64,000 bases of DNA from an uncultured Acidimicrobiia bacterium. Lineage in GTDB: Bacteria > Acidobacteriota > Terriglobia > Versatilivoradales > Versatilivoraceae. The notes below the pieces were generated by a model. That model was not told the DNA's origin and did no database searches. It saw only the letters and a program-made list of their open reading frames with translations. A program made the translations under genes and the position numbers. Numbering within the stretch: position 1 is the stretch's first letter; the number at the start of each line of letters is the position of its first letter. Below are positions 10,847 through 22,540 of the stretch, piece by piece. Location: contig CAWBAT010000003.1 of the NCBI GenBank assembly GCA_963786955.1, positions 192,001-256,000 of the forward strand. Direction: 5' to 3'.

Positions 10847-12312
10847 ATGCGCGTTGGTTTCGTCTGCATCATCGGATTAACTTTGGCCTCACTCCTCGAG
10901 GTGCCGCCTTCCCGCTCAGGCAAATGGGGCGTAGTTAACATCACCTACCAGCAGGCTCAGCCCATTCTCGAAGTGCTTGACGGCGACCTGCCCGCCGAGC
11001 TGAAGAACCGGAGTCCGGCAGAACTGGAGGCCGCTTGGCCGGGCTGGGTCGCACGTCACGGCCAGGAGATTCGTGCCCGCCTGATTCGCGGGGAAGAAGA
11101 TACACTGGTCAATTTTCTTACCTTTGGGACCTCCTACACGACGCAGCCACGGCTAACTCCAGTAGAGTTTAAAGGCTTGCGGCTCAACCAGGTCCCATCA
11201 CAGCTTTCACCCGACAGCTCGCCAGCGGCCACTCTCTTCTTGATCGGGTCGATGACTTGTTGCGGGGCTTGGCGAACCCAGGGAATAACGAAAGACTGCT
11301 TTTCTTTGCCCAGTTCATGGAAAAGCAGGGCTATCATCCTCGAGAAGCGTACGGGGTTCGTCCTGACCTGTCGGAGCGAGCTCGCTTGAAGGCATACGTG
11401 ATTGCCAATGCTGCGCGCGTGGTCAAGGAGCAGGAAGGGTTTTCAAAGGGAGCTAGAGCAGGCCCGTCAGCTGAAGGATCGCACAGAGGATTTTGCGGAG
11501 CGCTCGAAACTTTATCGTTCCCGAGGGCTTTCTTATGACACCTCGCTGTTGCCCAACTTCGCCATAGTGGAGTCGCTCAAGGCGATGCAGGTGCGCAGGC
11601 TACTCGCGCCGGGCAGCGTGCGCCGTGCGGCAGTGATTGGCCCCGGGCTTGACTTTACGGACAAAGTGGGCGGCTACGACTTCTATCCCCAGCAGACTAT
11701 CCAGTGCTTTGCCTTGGCAGATACGTTGTTCCGATTGGGCCTTGCCCGCGTCGGGCAATTGGAGCTCACCACATTCGACATCAGCCAGCGCGTCAACGAC
11801 CACTTGCGGCGTGCAAGGCGCCGCGCCCAACTCGGTCAAGCGTATGTCTTGCAATTGCCCCGACAACAGCAAGTACCTTGGAAGCCGGCGGCTTCCAAAT
11901 TTTGGCGGCAGTTTGGGAACCAAATCGGGACGCCGGTAACTCCTATTCAGGTCGCCAGCGCTCGCCGGGAACGTGGAGACTCGTGCCGTCAAAATCCGCC
12001 CCGCCATCGTTTCAATGATCACGCCGGTGGAACTGGACATCGTGACCCAGCATCTCGACCTACCTCCCAAAGAGCGGTTTCGACCTGATCGTCGCCACCA
12101 ACGTCTTCCTCTATTACAAATTCTTCGATCAATTGCTTGCCCTTGCCAACACGCAAATCATGCTGCGGCCGGGAGGCTTCCTGCTCTCGAACGATTCTCT
12201 GCCCATATTGGACGCCTCTCCAATGCGCTCGGTGGACTACCTCTCACTCTTCTATTCCGACCGCCCTGAAGATGGTGACGTCATTGTTTGGTACCAGCGA
12301 TCACCCGGCTGA
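10847..12312 (+). CDS. Hypothetical protein with C-terminal SAM-dependent methyltransferase-like fold; several frameshifts
   Basis: ORFs 10790, 11257, 11402 and 11973 join up; AVIGPGLDF motif I-like, FDLIVATNVFLYY and LRPGGFLL motifs in shifted frames. Confidence 0.6.
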
Positions 12313-12609
12313 AGTTCCTCCGGAGCATCTCGGTAGCATTCCCCCCCCCCAGGTTTTCTCTTGGCATCGCAGGCTTGATGAGGGCCAACTTGCTAGCCCG
12401 GATTTCTCACCACGAATTGGACTTCCTGGGAGCGCAAGCTTCCAGCCTGCATCTTCGTCGGATTTGACCCAATCCGTGACGGGCAGCGGGAAGGGACAGA
12501 GCCGGCAAGATGCCGGCGGTCCCAGGGGTTGCCAGTTATCCCCGTCCGCCGGTGAGAAATGCGCGCTAGAGCATTCTTCTTAGCTTATTTCACTTCATTG
12601 GCGGTTCAA

Positions 12610-13875
12610 TTACTTTGCCATTGTCCTTTCAAAAGTTGCGGGCAGGGTGGCAGTGGTGCTAGGGTTCGCGATTCCAGCTTCGCCATTTTCCAGCCATTTC
12701 CTGGCGACAGTGCGCACTTTTTCCAGATTGTCTCCACCCACCCCGATTAAGGAATAAAATACCCTTCGTGCCGATTGGTCGTTCGGTAGATCCCAGAAAT
12801 CCATGCCGGCAGGCGAGAAGTGGTTCGGATAGATCTTGAGAGAATCACCGTTCACTTCATGGGCCTGACTGTTAAGCCAGCCGATCGGCCAATGATCCCA
12901 GGACTTCGAAACCCAGCCCCAACCGCCGGTATCACGGAAGCTATGTTCCTTGATGCGGGTAAAATCATGCCGAAAGCCTGAAGCATCTCCAAAAACGCAG
13001 AATGGAGCACCGTCCCGCATCGGTACAATGAGGGCCACTCCAGCTGAGTCGTCGAGCAGTTTCCAATCGGCTCCAGCACGGCGAGGTGTTGCCTTCCAAA
13101 TCGGGTTGGATTCGGGAGTGGGTTTCCAAAATACATCGTACCGACTACTGGAGAAAGGATCGAGCACAGCCAAGGCATGGCTTTCTCCCGTCCGGTCGTC
13201 CTTTCTGAGCACATCACTCCACATTTTATCAACTGGACACATCCCGATCATTTCAATGGGTTCGCGAGCATAGCCTTTGTTCTCTTTAGGGATCAGTGAT
13301 TCATAGGTTTGACGTCGCAGAATCAAGCCGTTTGGGTAAGCCCAAAAATCTTCGCTAGCGCGGTAGGCAGGTTGCCCACTATCCATGTTTACGCCGAAGT
13401 AGGTCCATCTTACCCAGACACGCTCGGGGCCCGATTCGATAATGTCAACAAAGCTATTTTTGTCTTTTCGCCCCCAGTCGTTAAACAATTCGGCCCAGCC
13501 TTCATTTCCTTCAAAGAACTGATAGCAAAAACCTGTCCCGGAGGGGAATTCAAACCAGGGACAATAACTTCCCTCGTGGCAGAAAACGAATCGGAAAGGG
13601 AAGTCCTTCCAAAAGACAATGAAAGCCTTCTTGGGATTGCCGTCGGCATGGGGTGGGCTTGGAAGATCCCCTTTGTAATTCCCGAAGATATAGTCTGTCA
13701 CTTCGACAACCGAAACACCTTCTGTCTTGAGGCGGCTCACTTCCGCTACCGTCAGCGGAAGGGGCTTGATCAGCGGACTCGATATCTTTTCCCCTGCTGA
13801 AAGCTGAAAACCGGTTAGCGCTATCGCTGCCAGCAGAATATAGAAAAGAATGCGAAACAATTTAAGATCCTTCAT
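12610..13875 (-). CDS. Hypothetical secreted Trp-rich protein
   Basis: Clean 421-aa ORF with RBS GGAGGG and signal peptide; no family recognised with certainty. Confidence 0.75.
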   Translation of the reverse strand: MKDLKLFRILFYILLAAIALTGFQLSAGEKISSPLIKPLPLTVAEVSRLKTEGVSVVEVTDYIFGNYKGDLPSPPHADGNPKKAFIVFWKDFPFRFVFCHEGSYCPWFEFPSGTGFCYQFFEGNEGWAELFNDWGRKDKNSFVDIIESGPERVWVRWTYFGVNMDSGQPAYRASEDFWAYPNGLILRRQTYESLIPKENKGYAREPIEMIGMCPVDKMWSDVLRKDDRTGESHALAVLDPFSSSRYDVFWKPTPESNPIWKATPRRAGADWKLLDDSAGVALIVPMRDGAPFCVFGDASGFRHDFTRIKEHSFRDTGGWGWVSKSWDHWPIGWLNSQAHEVNGDSLKIYPNHFSPAGMDFWDLPNDQSARRVFYSLIGVGGDNLEKVRTVARKWLENGEAGIANPSTTATLPATFERTMAK

Positions 13876-14184
13876 TGACCCTCCGTTCTACACAGCAGTA
13901 ACAGGCCCCCAAGCTTATCTTCCACCGGAGCACCGGACCAAAGACGCTAATTTTGTCACCCTTTTGCTGCCCTGCCGCCGGAAGACCGAAACGCCAAAAA
14001 CGCGAAGAGCGCCAAGAGAAAAAAAAGAGATCTGGGCTGCTGCTGGTTGATTCCAAGAGCCTGGAGCTTAGGCTCGCTACCCAATGAGCGCGGCCTCAAT
14101 GCCGCCCTGAGCCACCTCGATGGCGATCCCGTAAGCCCCTGAGTGGTCATTGCGTTCTTGGCGTTTCCACACCATTCTCGTATG

Positions 14185-15412
14185 TTACCCATTCACTGCG
14201 TCCAGCATGGCCACAATGTTTTGAGGAGGAACATCAGCCATGATATTGTGCACTTGCTGGAAAACAAACCCGCCTCCCGGAGCCAGAACCTCAACCTGCC
14301 GTTTTACATGTTCACGGACTGCCTGCGGCTGAACCATGGGGCAAAATGTCGCGTGTGTCGCAGCCTCCCCCCCAGAAGGTGATCTCTCTCCCAAAATCCG
14401 CTTTCAATCCTTTGGGCTCCATCCCCTTACACGTAATCTGAACAGGATTAATGGCATCCAGCCCCGCTTCGATCAGATCGGGAAGAATCTCCCGAACCCC
14501 GCCGCAGCAATGCAGCATTACTTTAACATTGGCCAATTCTTTAGCGCGTTTCCACATTTGTGCATGTCTCGGCTTGAAGAATTCACGATACATTTTCGGG
14601 GACATCTGGGGCCCCCGCTGCGAGCCGAGATCATCTCCGAAAAGTATGATATCGATGTAAGGTCCAACAGCCCCAAGGAACTTTTCCAAGTTCTTGAGAT
14701 GAATCGTAACCAGTTTCTCCAGAAAATCGTGCGCGCGGTCAGGGTCTCCAGCCAACAGCATCAGGAAGTTATCATTGCGGTAAAGAAACTGGCCGATCTC
14801 CAGCAGGTTTCCTCCAAACAAGCCGATGATCGCTTTGTCAGTTTGCTGTCGCAGTTTTCTGGCTCCTTCAATAAATTCCCGTTGTCCTTCCGGTCCTTCG
14901 ATCAAAGGACCTGGAGGGGAAGCCACTGTCGTCCACATGCATTCGCTGAAGGCATCCAGGATGCGGTCATGATCAGCTTTCCCTTCCGCAAAAGGGTAGA
15001 AAGTTTGTTCGAAAAAGAGCGCACCGTCCGGCATCTGAGCAATCACTCTGCCGGTGCGCGAACGCAAAACCCATCGATTAGGTTCCCTTTCGGGGGAGAC
15101 CCACACTGGCATTTGACAAGGGGTGCCGTCAGGGAGAACCCAATCTTTCCAATGAATGGCCTCCAAAGCAAAAGCTCTTCCCAGTTCTATGGCGTCTATG
15201 CCGAATCGGTCTAGGACGTCAGGGTCAACAATCGCCAATTGTTGAACCGGGTCGTAAACTCGGATAGTTTTCTTGGGTAGCCCCAGATAATTTCTCAACC
15301 GCGAGTATGCAACTGCAGCGATGCCTGAGGAACGATGACCCGATAGGTCAACGGCTACCCGGTCGGGATCTCGATGATTTAGAGCGGCAAGAACTCTCTC
15401 TCTTGAGTTCAT
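14185..15412 (-). CDS. Uroporphyrinogen decarboxylase/MtaA-CmuA family protein; frameshift near 14335
   Basis: MNSRERVLAALNHRDPDRV start; GDDLGSQRG, HCCG, DAINPVQ, FWGGGCDT; C-terminal PGGGFVFQQVHNIMADVPPQNI in ORF 14185-14394. Confidence 0.9.
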
Positions 15413-15971
15413 AGGGATGTCCTCTTCCTGAAGTTTTCATTAAAGGGCGATGGATTCCAGTAGATGGAACGTCTTGGCTGCACAATTATCCTTTCGGACG
15501 AAGCAATTTAGATGCCGTGCCAAGGTTTGTGTGGATGGGCTGTGCGCCTCTTCTTTATTTTGCCTATTGGCAAAGATCAGGCTTCTGGATCTCTCTTCAC
15601 GACAGGGGCATCTCCAGAGGAGAATCCCCAACAGAGCTCTCTCAACTCACACGCAATAGCCTGAAGTGTGCTCTCTTCTGGTGTTTGGTACGTCTGGTGC
15701 TATTGCGCCATTCGACCCACACCTTGGCAAGATCCCCCGGGAATCAAAGATTGGAAAATAGTGGGGGGACATTCATCCCCATTTCCAATCGGGATGCGTG
15801 ATCGAGACCGATTTATCTCTTAACCTTAGGGTGAAAAATCTTAACATTGGCATGACAAACAGAGGATTGCGTACTATCATCTTTCTACCGTCTAAAAAGA
15901 CAATGTCCTTGATATTCTCAAGCAGAATGAGCGGATTAAAGTAGGGCTCAAAAAATCACATCACAAATCGA

Positions 15972-18713
15972 ATGCAGAGGATGATCAAATTTTTAACATC
16001 GGCTGAGCATAGGGGCTTCGCCTTTTTTGGGGCAAGACTGCTGTTCAGTGGGGTCATTACCGGAGCTGTGCTCGTTTATGGTACAGGACTATCCTTTTTA
16101 ACCGGGTCTCCGGCGCAAAACGCATCTACGAACCAAATGGGAGTGCGAATGATCATTGTGTACTCAACTGGAGAGGCGGAGAGAATCTTGGAGCGATTGA
16201 AAAGTGGCCTGGAATTTGCGGTGGTTGCGCGAGAGGAGTCCGTAGACCCCACCGCAGTCAACGGCGGCCTCTTGAGTAGGTCCGATATTGCGACACTACA
16301 GCCTGAGTTGAGAGACGCGTTGAAGGGCCTTGAACCAGGGCAGCTTTCACCCATCGTTCAGATACCATTAGGTTATGCAATCTTGAAGCTTTTGTCGCAA
16401 TCCGAAGTGGTGGATATCGAGGAGTCTGACCGTTCTCGGTTGGCCGCCACCAAAGCTCTGGGTAACGTGCGGCTTCCGGCTGATGTTGACGGACGCGCGG
16501 AGGCATTATCGGCTCTGGTTCGGCTCCCCAGGAAGAATGGCTGGGACCAGGACTTGCAGGCGATCTGTGAGTCGTACAACCAATCGTTTTCCGTGTCCAT
16601 GGAAGGGCTCGAGAAGATGCTGAGCCCAACTAGCAAGGAGGGTGCAGATTATGTGAAGTATGCCAAGCCGCTTGATGTGATGCAGGCTCACGTCGCCAAG
16701 GGACAACTCCATGCCTACAAAGGCGAAATGGAGAAGGCCGTCGAAGAGTGGGAAATCGCATACCGGATTGCGGTGGAGGATGTCCCTCTGATTTTGCCTC
16801 GGATGGATGAAATGCTCGGGATTGGCTATCTGCACAAATCCGAGATGGATAATGACGTGTATCGAAATCCCGGCGAGAGGTGCCTTTTCCCAATGCCTCT
16901 GGGGATCCGATACGCGAAAACGGCTAGTTCTGAGAAAGCCATTCAGTATTTCTCCAGATATCTCGAGAAAAAGCCCGACGAGCTCGAAGTGAAATGGCTA
17001 CTGAATTTGACCTACATGACGTTGGGAGAATACCCGGCTGGGGTTCCGCAAAAGTACCTGCTGCCCCCCGCTCTGTTCACATCTATTGAGAATGTCGGAC
17101 GATTTAAAGACGTGGCCCCCGAAGCCGGATTGAACCTGTTCGTGATGGCCTCGGGCGTGATCGTGGATGACTTCGATAATGATGGATTATTCGAGGTGGT
17201 GACTACGAGTTGGGACAGTTGCGAGCCGATGCACTATTTGCACAACAATGGGAAGGGGAGCTTCACAGACCAAGCCGCGAAGGCAGGACTATCAAACCAG
17301 TTGGGTGGGTTGAACCTCATGCAGACAGACTACAACAACGATGGATGCTTGGACATTCTGGTGTTGCGGGGAGCCTGGCAATCGCTGGGGCAGCGCAAAT
17401 CGTTGCTCCGAAATAATTGCAACGGAACCTTCACTGATGTCACCCAAGAGAGCGGCCTGGCAAAGCCGGCCACGAACACGCAGGCCGGAGTTTGGGCGGA
17501 TATCAACAACGACGGTTTTCTTGATCTCTTCGTGGGTAACGAGAATGGCCCCAGCCAGTTATTTCTGAATAAGGGTGACGGGACCTTCACAGACATCTCC
17601 CAATCTGCCGGCATCGACCAAACCAAGTTCACGAAGGGAGTTGTGGCGGAAGATTATGACAACGACGGGTACGTGGATTTCTACGTTTCGAACGTGATCG
17701 GCTACAACTTTCTATATCACAACAAGCACGATAGAACCTTCACAGAGATCGCGGATCAAGCCAGAGTGCCGGGGACCGGAAGGAGCTTCGCCACCTGGTT
17801 CTTTGACTATGACAATGATGGTTGGCCTGACATTTTCGATACAGCCTACCAGGCGTCGGTTGATGAGACCGTGCGTACCTACCTCGGGCTTCCTCACAAT
17901 GCCCCATCCTCAAGACTATACAAGAACCTGGGAAATGGCGCGTTCCGCGATGTGACCAAGGAAGTCGGACTTGACCGGGTCTTCATGCCCATGGGCGCTA
18001 ATTTCGGCGACGTGGATAACGACGGATATTTGGATATCTACCTCGGCACCGGTGACCCTTCTTATGCCTCTCTGGTTCCCAATATCTTGTTCCGCAATAA
18101 GGAAGGAAAATCTTTCGTCGATATCACCGCTTCTTCGGGCACCGGCGAGTTGCATAAAGGACACGGCGTCGCCTTTGTAGACATTGACAACGATGGCGAC
18201 GAAGATATTTTCACCTCAATTGGTGGTGCGGTGCCTGGTGACCGTCATGCATTCCGCCTTTTCGAGAACCCTGGCAACGGCAACAATTGGATCAGTCTGC
18301 GGCTAGTGGGAAGCAAGTCAAACCGGGCCGCGATTGGAGCGAAGATCAAAGTGACGGTGAAGAACGAGGGCCAGCCAATCCGGGCGATCTATCGCACCGT
18401 CGGCAGTGGAGGGTCTTTTGGAGCGTCCCCGTTGCAGCAACACATCGGTTTAGGCAAATCGGCGCAGATTGTGAGCCTCGAAATAAGGTGGCCGGGAGGA
18501 AGCATGACACCGCAAATATTCTCCAACGTAGGCAAGAACCAGTTTCTCGAAATCAAAGAGTCTGCCGCGGACTATACGAAACTCGAGCGGCGGCCGTTCC
18601 ACCTGGGAGGCACGAAGAATGAGGCCTCGATCCCCGTCAACCCTTCCGCGGATCATCAAAAGCAAAAGGGTGCAGACGGAGTAATTCAACAGGGAATTCA
18701 GCGGATACGGTGA
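15972..18713 (+). CDS. Parvulin-PPIase + TPR + FG-GAP (CRTAC1/ASPIC-UnbV) protein
   Basis: EFAVVAREESVDP...GG.L...LEPGQLSPIV rotamase-like segment; DFDNDG/DYNNDG/DINNDG repeats; NRAAIGAKIKV...QHIGLG ASPIC-UnbV tail. Confidence 0.88.
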   Translation: MQRMIKFLTSAEHRGFAFFGARLLFSGVITGAVLVYGTGLSFLTGSPAQNASTNQMGVRMIIVYSTGEAERILERLKSGLEFAVVAREESVDPTAVNGGLLSRSDIATLQPELRDALKGLEPGQLSPIVQIPLGYAILKLLSQSEVVDIEESDRSRLAATKALGNVRLPADVDGRAEALSALVRLPRKNGWDQDLQAICESYNQSFSVSMEGLEKMLSPTSKEGADYVKYAKPLDVMQAHVAKGQLHAYKGEMEKAVEEWEIAYRIAVEDVPLILPRMDEMLGIGYLHKSEMDNDVYRNPGERCLFPMPLGIRYAKTASSEKAIQYFSRYLEKKPDELEVKWLLNLTYMTLGEYPAGVPQKYLLPPALFTSIENVGRFKDVAPEAGLNLFVMASGVIVDDFDNDGLFEVVTTSWDSCEPMHYLHNNGKGSFTDQAAKAGLSNQLGGLNLMQTDYNNDGCLDILVLRGAWQSLGQRKSLLRNNCNGTFTDVTQESGLAKPATNTQAGVWADINNDGFLDLFVGNENGPSQLFLNKGDGTFTDISQSAGIDQTKFTKGVVAEDYDNDGYVDFYVSNVIGYNFLYHNKHDRTFTEIADQARVPGTGRSFATWFFDYDNDGWPDIFDTAYQASVDETVRTYLGLPHNAPSSRLYKNLGNGAFRDVTKEVGLDRVFMPMGANFGDVDNDGYLDIYLGTGDPSYASLVPNILFRNKEGKSFVDITASSGTGELHKGHGVAFVDIDNDGDEDIFTSIGGAVPGDRHAFRLFENPGNGNNWISLRLVGSKSNRAAIGAKIKVTVKNEGQPIRAIYRTVGSGGSFGASPLQQHIGLGKSAQIVSLEIRWPGGSMTPQIFSNVGKNQFLEIKESAADYTKLERRPFHLGGTKNEASIPVNPSADHQKQKGADGVIQQGIQRIR

Positions 18714-19585
18714 AACTAATGAAAGGAAGAATATTCTTCGCCATTGCGGTATGCCTTAGCGCAGGACAGGCCTGGGGCACAGAGCGTTACCCCGTAACCG
18801 GGCTGATCTTAAAAATCGACCGACCACATCAGACCTTCGTTGCATCGTGCGCGGCTATTCCCCAATATATGGAAGCGATGACAATGCCGTTTTCAGTTCG
18901 TGACCAGAAACTGCTGGATGGTCTGGAGCCAAGCATGCAAGTGGATTTCACCTTGGTGGTGGAAGAAAACGACTCCTATGCCGAGGATATTCGCGTGCAC
19001 AGCTATCAAAGTCTGGAACAGGAACCGCTCCTGGTCCGCAGGTTGCAACTTCTGGACAGCTTGGATAAGACGAAACCGGCGATGAACACGCTGGCCCTCG
19101 GCCAGCCAGTTTCCGATTTTGCTTTGATCGATCAAACCAAGCGGCGCATTACCCTTTCACAATTTGCAAATAAGGTTGTGGCTATCACGTTCATCTATAC
19201 GAGTTGTCCGTTACCGAACTACTGTTTCCGGCTGTCCAACAATTTCGGACACCTTCAGAAGCGTTTCGCAGACCAAATGGGACGTGATCTCATCTTACTG
19301 AGCATTAGCATTGACCCGGTACACGATCAGCCGGAGGTAATGGCCAAGTATGCCGAAACGTGGAAGGCCGATCCTAACTCGTGGCACTTCCTGACAGGTT
19401 CATTATCTGACGTCAAGCAGGTGTGCCGCGGCTTCGGCGTCAATTATTGGCCGGATGAGGGCAGCCTGACGCATTCTTTGCATACGGTTGTCATTGACCG
19501 CCAGGGGAAACTGGCAGCTAACTTCGAGGGAAACGAGTTCACGGCTGAACAATTAGGCGATTTTGTAGCGACAACGTTGCGTTAG
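18710..19585 (+). CDS. SCO1/SenC family protein with N-terminal CusF-like domain
   Basis: IPQYMEAMTMPF CusF-like motif; FIYTSCPLPNYC, SISIDPVHD, WHFLTG, HSLHTVVIDRQG. Overlaps the upstream stop. Confidence 0.88.
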   Translation: MKLMKGRIFFAIAVCLSAGQAWGTERYPVTGLILKIDRPHQTFVASCAAIPQYMEAMTMPFSVRDQKLLDGLEPSMQVDFTLVVEENDSYAEDIRVHSYQSLEQEPLLVRRLQLLDSLDKTKPAMNTLALGQPVSDFALIDQTKRRITLSQFANKVVAITFIYTSCPLPNYCFRLSNNFGHLQKRFADQMGRDLILLSISIDPVHDQPEVMAKYAETWKADPNSWHFLTGSLSDVKQVCRGFGVNYWPDEGSLTHSLHTVVIDRQGKLAANFEGNEFTAEQLGDFVATTLR

Positions 19586-19777
19586 CCAGACAAATTCGGC
19601 TACGGTATTGGGGAGACGACAATATCAGGCTGCATGCACTCTGTCTCAATAGATCTGATATTTCAGGAGTCACTGAGTGTTGAGACTTAAGATATTTCTT
19701 TATAAGATTTCATATCTTTGTGACTGAGTTTTCCTAAATCAGCGTCTGTCGACTAAATCAAGATTCTTCCGAGAAAT

Positions 19778-20653
19778 TCATACACTCACCACCGGGCAGG
19801 GAGACTCACGGATGATGGTGTAGGCATGAGTGCGAAATCGCCCTAAGGTGCTCACGATGGAGCCTCGACCTACAACGATCAGTTCGGCTTGAACCAATTT
19901 GGCCGCTGCGCAAACTGCTTGAGCGACATCCCCTATTTCCAGTTCCACTTCAAACTTCGTTCCAGCGGCCTGTTGGAGATTATTGAGATCCGTGCGAGCT
20001 TGATCGATCAAGTATTTCCGCCATTCTGGAGCAAAATAATAATCCTCCGCCCGAGGGTTGAGCGCCGTAATCACATGAAGTAGAGTCAACTTGGCGTTGA
20101 ATTCGGTGGCAAGCCGGGATGCCCAGTCGAGTGTTTGCATGCTATGCGGACCTAAGTCGATGGCGCAGAGGATATGACGCAGCGGGATGACTTCTGCCGG
20201 GGATTTGGATTGAAAATGGGCCCCCGTCCAGACTGGGCATTCTGCGTCGTGGAGAACTTTTGAGGTGACAGACCCGAGCAACATTCTGCGGAAGGGCCCG
20301 TATCCGTGCGTTGGCATCAAAATCAAGTCGCAGCCGGTAGATTGTGCCTGTTCGACAATTTTATGGGCTGGGTCCCCCTCGAGTAGGATACGGGTGACTC
20401 TGAAGTCCCGCAGTTCATCGGCAAGAAACGCTTCGAGCTGTTTCCTCGCCTCCTTTCTTCTCTCCACCATGTATTCTCCGGACAGGCTAATACCGAGTTC
20501 GGAAGAACCAAATTCAAGGAAAGGTGGCAATACATGGCATACGATGATCTCACAACTAAAATGCTTTGCGAGCGGGGGCAGGGCGTACCGGATGGCTTCG
20601 TGGCAACGTTCCGAGAAATCAACTGGTAAAAGGATTTTCTTCAATTGAAACAT
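19778..20653 (-). CDS. Tandem-domain universal stress protein
   Basis: KILLPVDFS; DLILMPTHG...LLGSVTSKVL; second domain ILCAIDL...PCPVVSV. Confidence 0.92.
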   Translation of the reverse strand: MFQLKKILLPVDFSERCHEAIRYALPPLAKHFSCEIIVCHVLPPFLEFGSSELGISLSGEYMVERRKEARKQLEAFLADELRDFRVTRILLEGDPAHKIVEQAQSTGCDLILMPTHGYGPFRRMLLGSVTSKVLHDAECPVWTGAHFQSKSPAEVIPLRHILCAIDLGPHSMQTLDWASRLATEFNAKLTLLHVITALNPRAEDYYFAPEWRKYLIDQARTDLNNLQQAAGTKFEVELEIGDVAQAVCAAAKLVQAELIVVGRGSIVSTLGRFRTHAYTIIRESPCPVVSV

Positions 20654-20875
20654 GAGATTCTCCTATTTGAGGTGGGGAAGAGCGAGATCTATGCCAATGA
20701 ACCCTATTGAATGAAAAAGAGCTGGATCTCTTCGATTTCTTTCTCCGATAGCCACAAAGAGGCATCGCATGGATTGCAAAGACCCGTGCCAGTCGGAAAT
20801 TTAAGGGGCCGAAATCTGGAGATCACTCGTCTTCTTGGCGATGTGCGGGCCCGGATTTTCACCCGAGTTCAATCC

Positions 20876-21082
20876 CTAATGGGATTCGCCTTTTACTCTC
20901 GTTAGCCGGAATGCCCAAATTGACATCAAGATCGCTCCTGCAAAAGGGAGCCAGGAGACCCAGACCGGAATGGTCCAAGAGTCAACTTGAACCGGTAAGG
21001 CGAAAACCAGCCGAAATAAATGGGCCATGGCAAAAAACAGGAAGAGGAAGCAGGTGAGACTCAAATAGGATTTGCTAGTCAT
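20876..21082 (-). CDS. Small two-TM membrane protein
   Basis: AGGAGG RBS before ATG 21082; two hydrophobic segments with HLFRL and W..PVWVSW. Confidence 0.65.
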   Translation of the reverse strand: MTSKSYLSLTCFLFLFFAMAHLFRLVFALPVQVDSWTIPVWVSWLPFAGAILMSIWAFRLTRVKGESH

Positions 21083-21121
21083 GATGTGACCTCCTTTTTG
21101 ATCTTCTTCCAATGAGTTTGA

Positions 21122-21137
21122 TGCAATCGATTGGCCA
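21122..21137 (-). promoter_or_regulatory. Putative sigma54 promoter for the small membrane protein/USP genes
   Basis: Minus strand reads TGGCCAATCGATTGCA (GG-N10-GC), ~40 bp upstream of ATG 21082. Confidence 0.5.
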
Positions 21138-21334
21138 TGAGTTTTAATGGCAGGTGGAAACTTCCGCAGTCACTGTTCAAACAAACATGGGATCTGCCGA
21201 TGGCCCCAAGGGAATAACCCCACTAACTGCGCGAATCAATGGGTGAAAAACACCGAACTGCGGCGGTTTCCCCAGTCTAAACCAGACTTTTTCCCTGAAC
21301 TGGATGGGGCAAGTTTCCAGGAAGGGACTGCCTC

Positions 21335-22498
21335 TCAGATTGGGATGAAAGCTCCGTGAAACAGCTGGGCGAGCCTACCGGAATCTTCCTGTTTTGTGAA
21401 AAGTGTCAAACGCAAGGGCGACGTATCCACTCCGAGTATCTCAACTCCGTTGTGTCTTGCTAGAGTTAAGGCGCGAGTGACTTCGCTCGCCTGCCCTAAA
21501 CTGGTTCCCACGACAGAAACAGCGGCAAAATCTTCCTCTGTTTGTAAGCGAGAAGCGAATCGGGCTTGCAATGAAAGCCGTAAAGCTGGCCAGTCGGGAA
21601 GGTCATCGCGGCTGAAAATGGCGACCGAGCTCGCTTGATCGTCGATAAGTCTCCACAAAGAGACACCGGCCTCCGCCAGGGGTTCTCCCAAGTATGATGC
21701 AGACTCTGAGAGACGCAACCTGACCAGATTTCTGGCGATCGCAACACCGCAAGCATTCTGACCACTGGCCGCGGCGCCCACGCGTGTTCCCCCGCCGTCC
21801 GCATGAGCGGAGCGCGCTTGGATTTGGATCCCGGCTTTTCGAGCCCACTCAACGGCCTGAGCGTTCAACACCTTGGCGCCGTGTTCAGCCAGTTCCTGCA
21901 TTTCGTCGTAAGAGATCTGGTCTAAGCGACGAGCGGCTTCAACAACGCGAGGGTCTGCGGTGTACACGCCATCCACGTCAGAGCAAATCTCGCAAAACGA
22001 GGCGTTCAAAGCAGCTGCCAGCGCCACGGCGGTTGTGTCAGAACCACCGCGGCCGAGTGTGGTAATTTCCCGTTTATAAGACATGCCCTGGAATCCCGCC
22101 ACAATCACGATTTTGTTGCGCTCCAATTCGTCTTGAATGCGAACGGGGCGGACCTCGATAATCCGGGCGCCGGAATGCCGGTCGTTGGTAATAATGCCCG
22201 ACTGCGACCCCGTAAAAGAGATGGCTTCTTGTCCACGCTTTTGAATAGCCATCGCCAATAGGGCCATCGAAATTCTTTCGCCAGTAGACAAGAGCATATC
22301 GAGCTCCCGTCGCGGCGGCGAATCTGTGACCTGATGCGCTAGAGTGATCAGGTCATCGGTTGTCCTGCCCATAGCCGATACGACCACACATACCCGCTTC
22401 CCCTCTTGCGCCGTCCTGACAACGCGGTCAGCGACCCGCTCCAGCCGGGGGACATCTGCCACCGAACTGCCTCCATATTTTTGAACAATGATTTCCAT
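21335..22498 (-). CDS. lysC: Aspartate kinase
   Basis: [38 protein letters not shown]; divergent C-terminal ACT region. Confidence 0.92.
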   Translation of the reverse strand: MEIIVQKYGGSSVADVPRLERVADRVVRTAQEGKRVCVVVSAMGRTTDDLITLAHQVTDSPPRRELDMLLSTGERISMALLAMAIQKRGQEAISFTGSQSGIITNDRHSGARIIEVRPVRIQDELERNKIVIVAGFQGMSYKREITTLGRGGSDTTAVALAAALNASFCEICSDVDGVYTADPRVVEAARRLDQISYDEMQELAEHGAKVLNAQAVEWARKAGIQIQARSAHADGGGTRVGAAASGQNACGVAIARNLVRLRLSESASYLGEPLAEAGVSLWRLIDDQASSVAIFSRDDLPDWPALRLSLQARFASRLQTEEDFAAVSVVGTSLGQASEVTRALTLARHNGVEILGVDTSPLRLTLFTKQEDSGRLAQLFHGAFIPI

Positions 22499-22540
22499 TT
22501 GGGCTCGATATTCTCTATGAACTAATTTTTTGAAAAGGGA

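Noticed and set aside
14336-15214. 292-aa plus-strand ORF (similarly 37447-38244)
   Set aside because: Antisense to well-supported genes and has no recognisable motifs.
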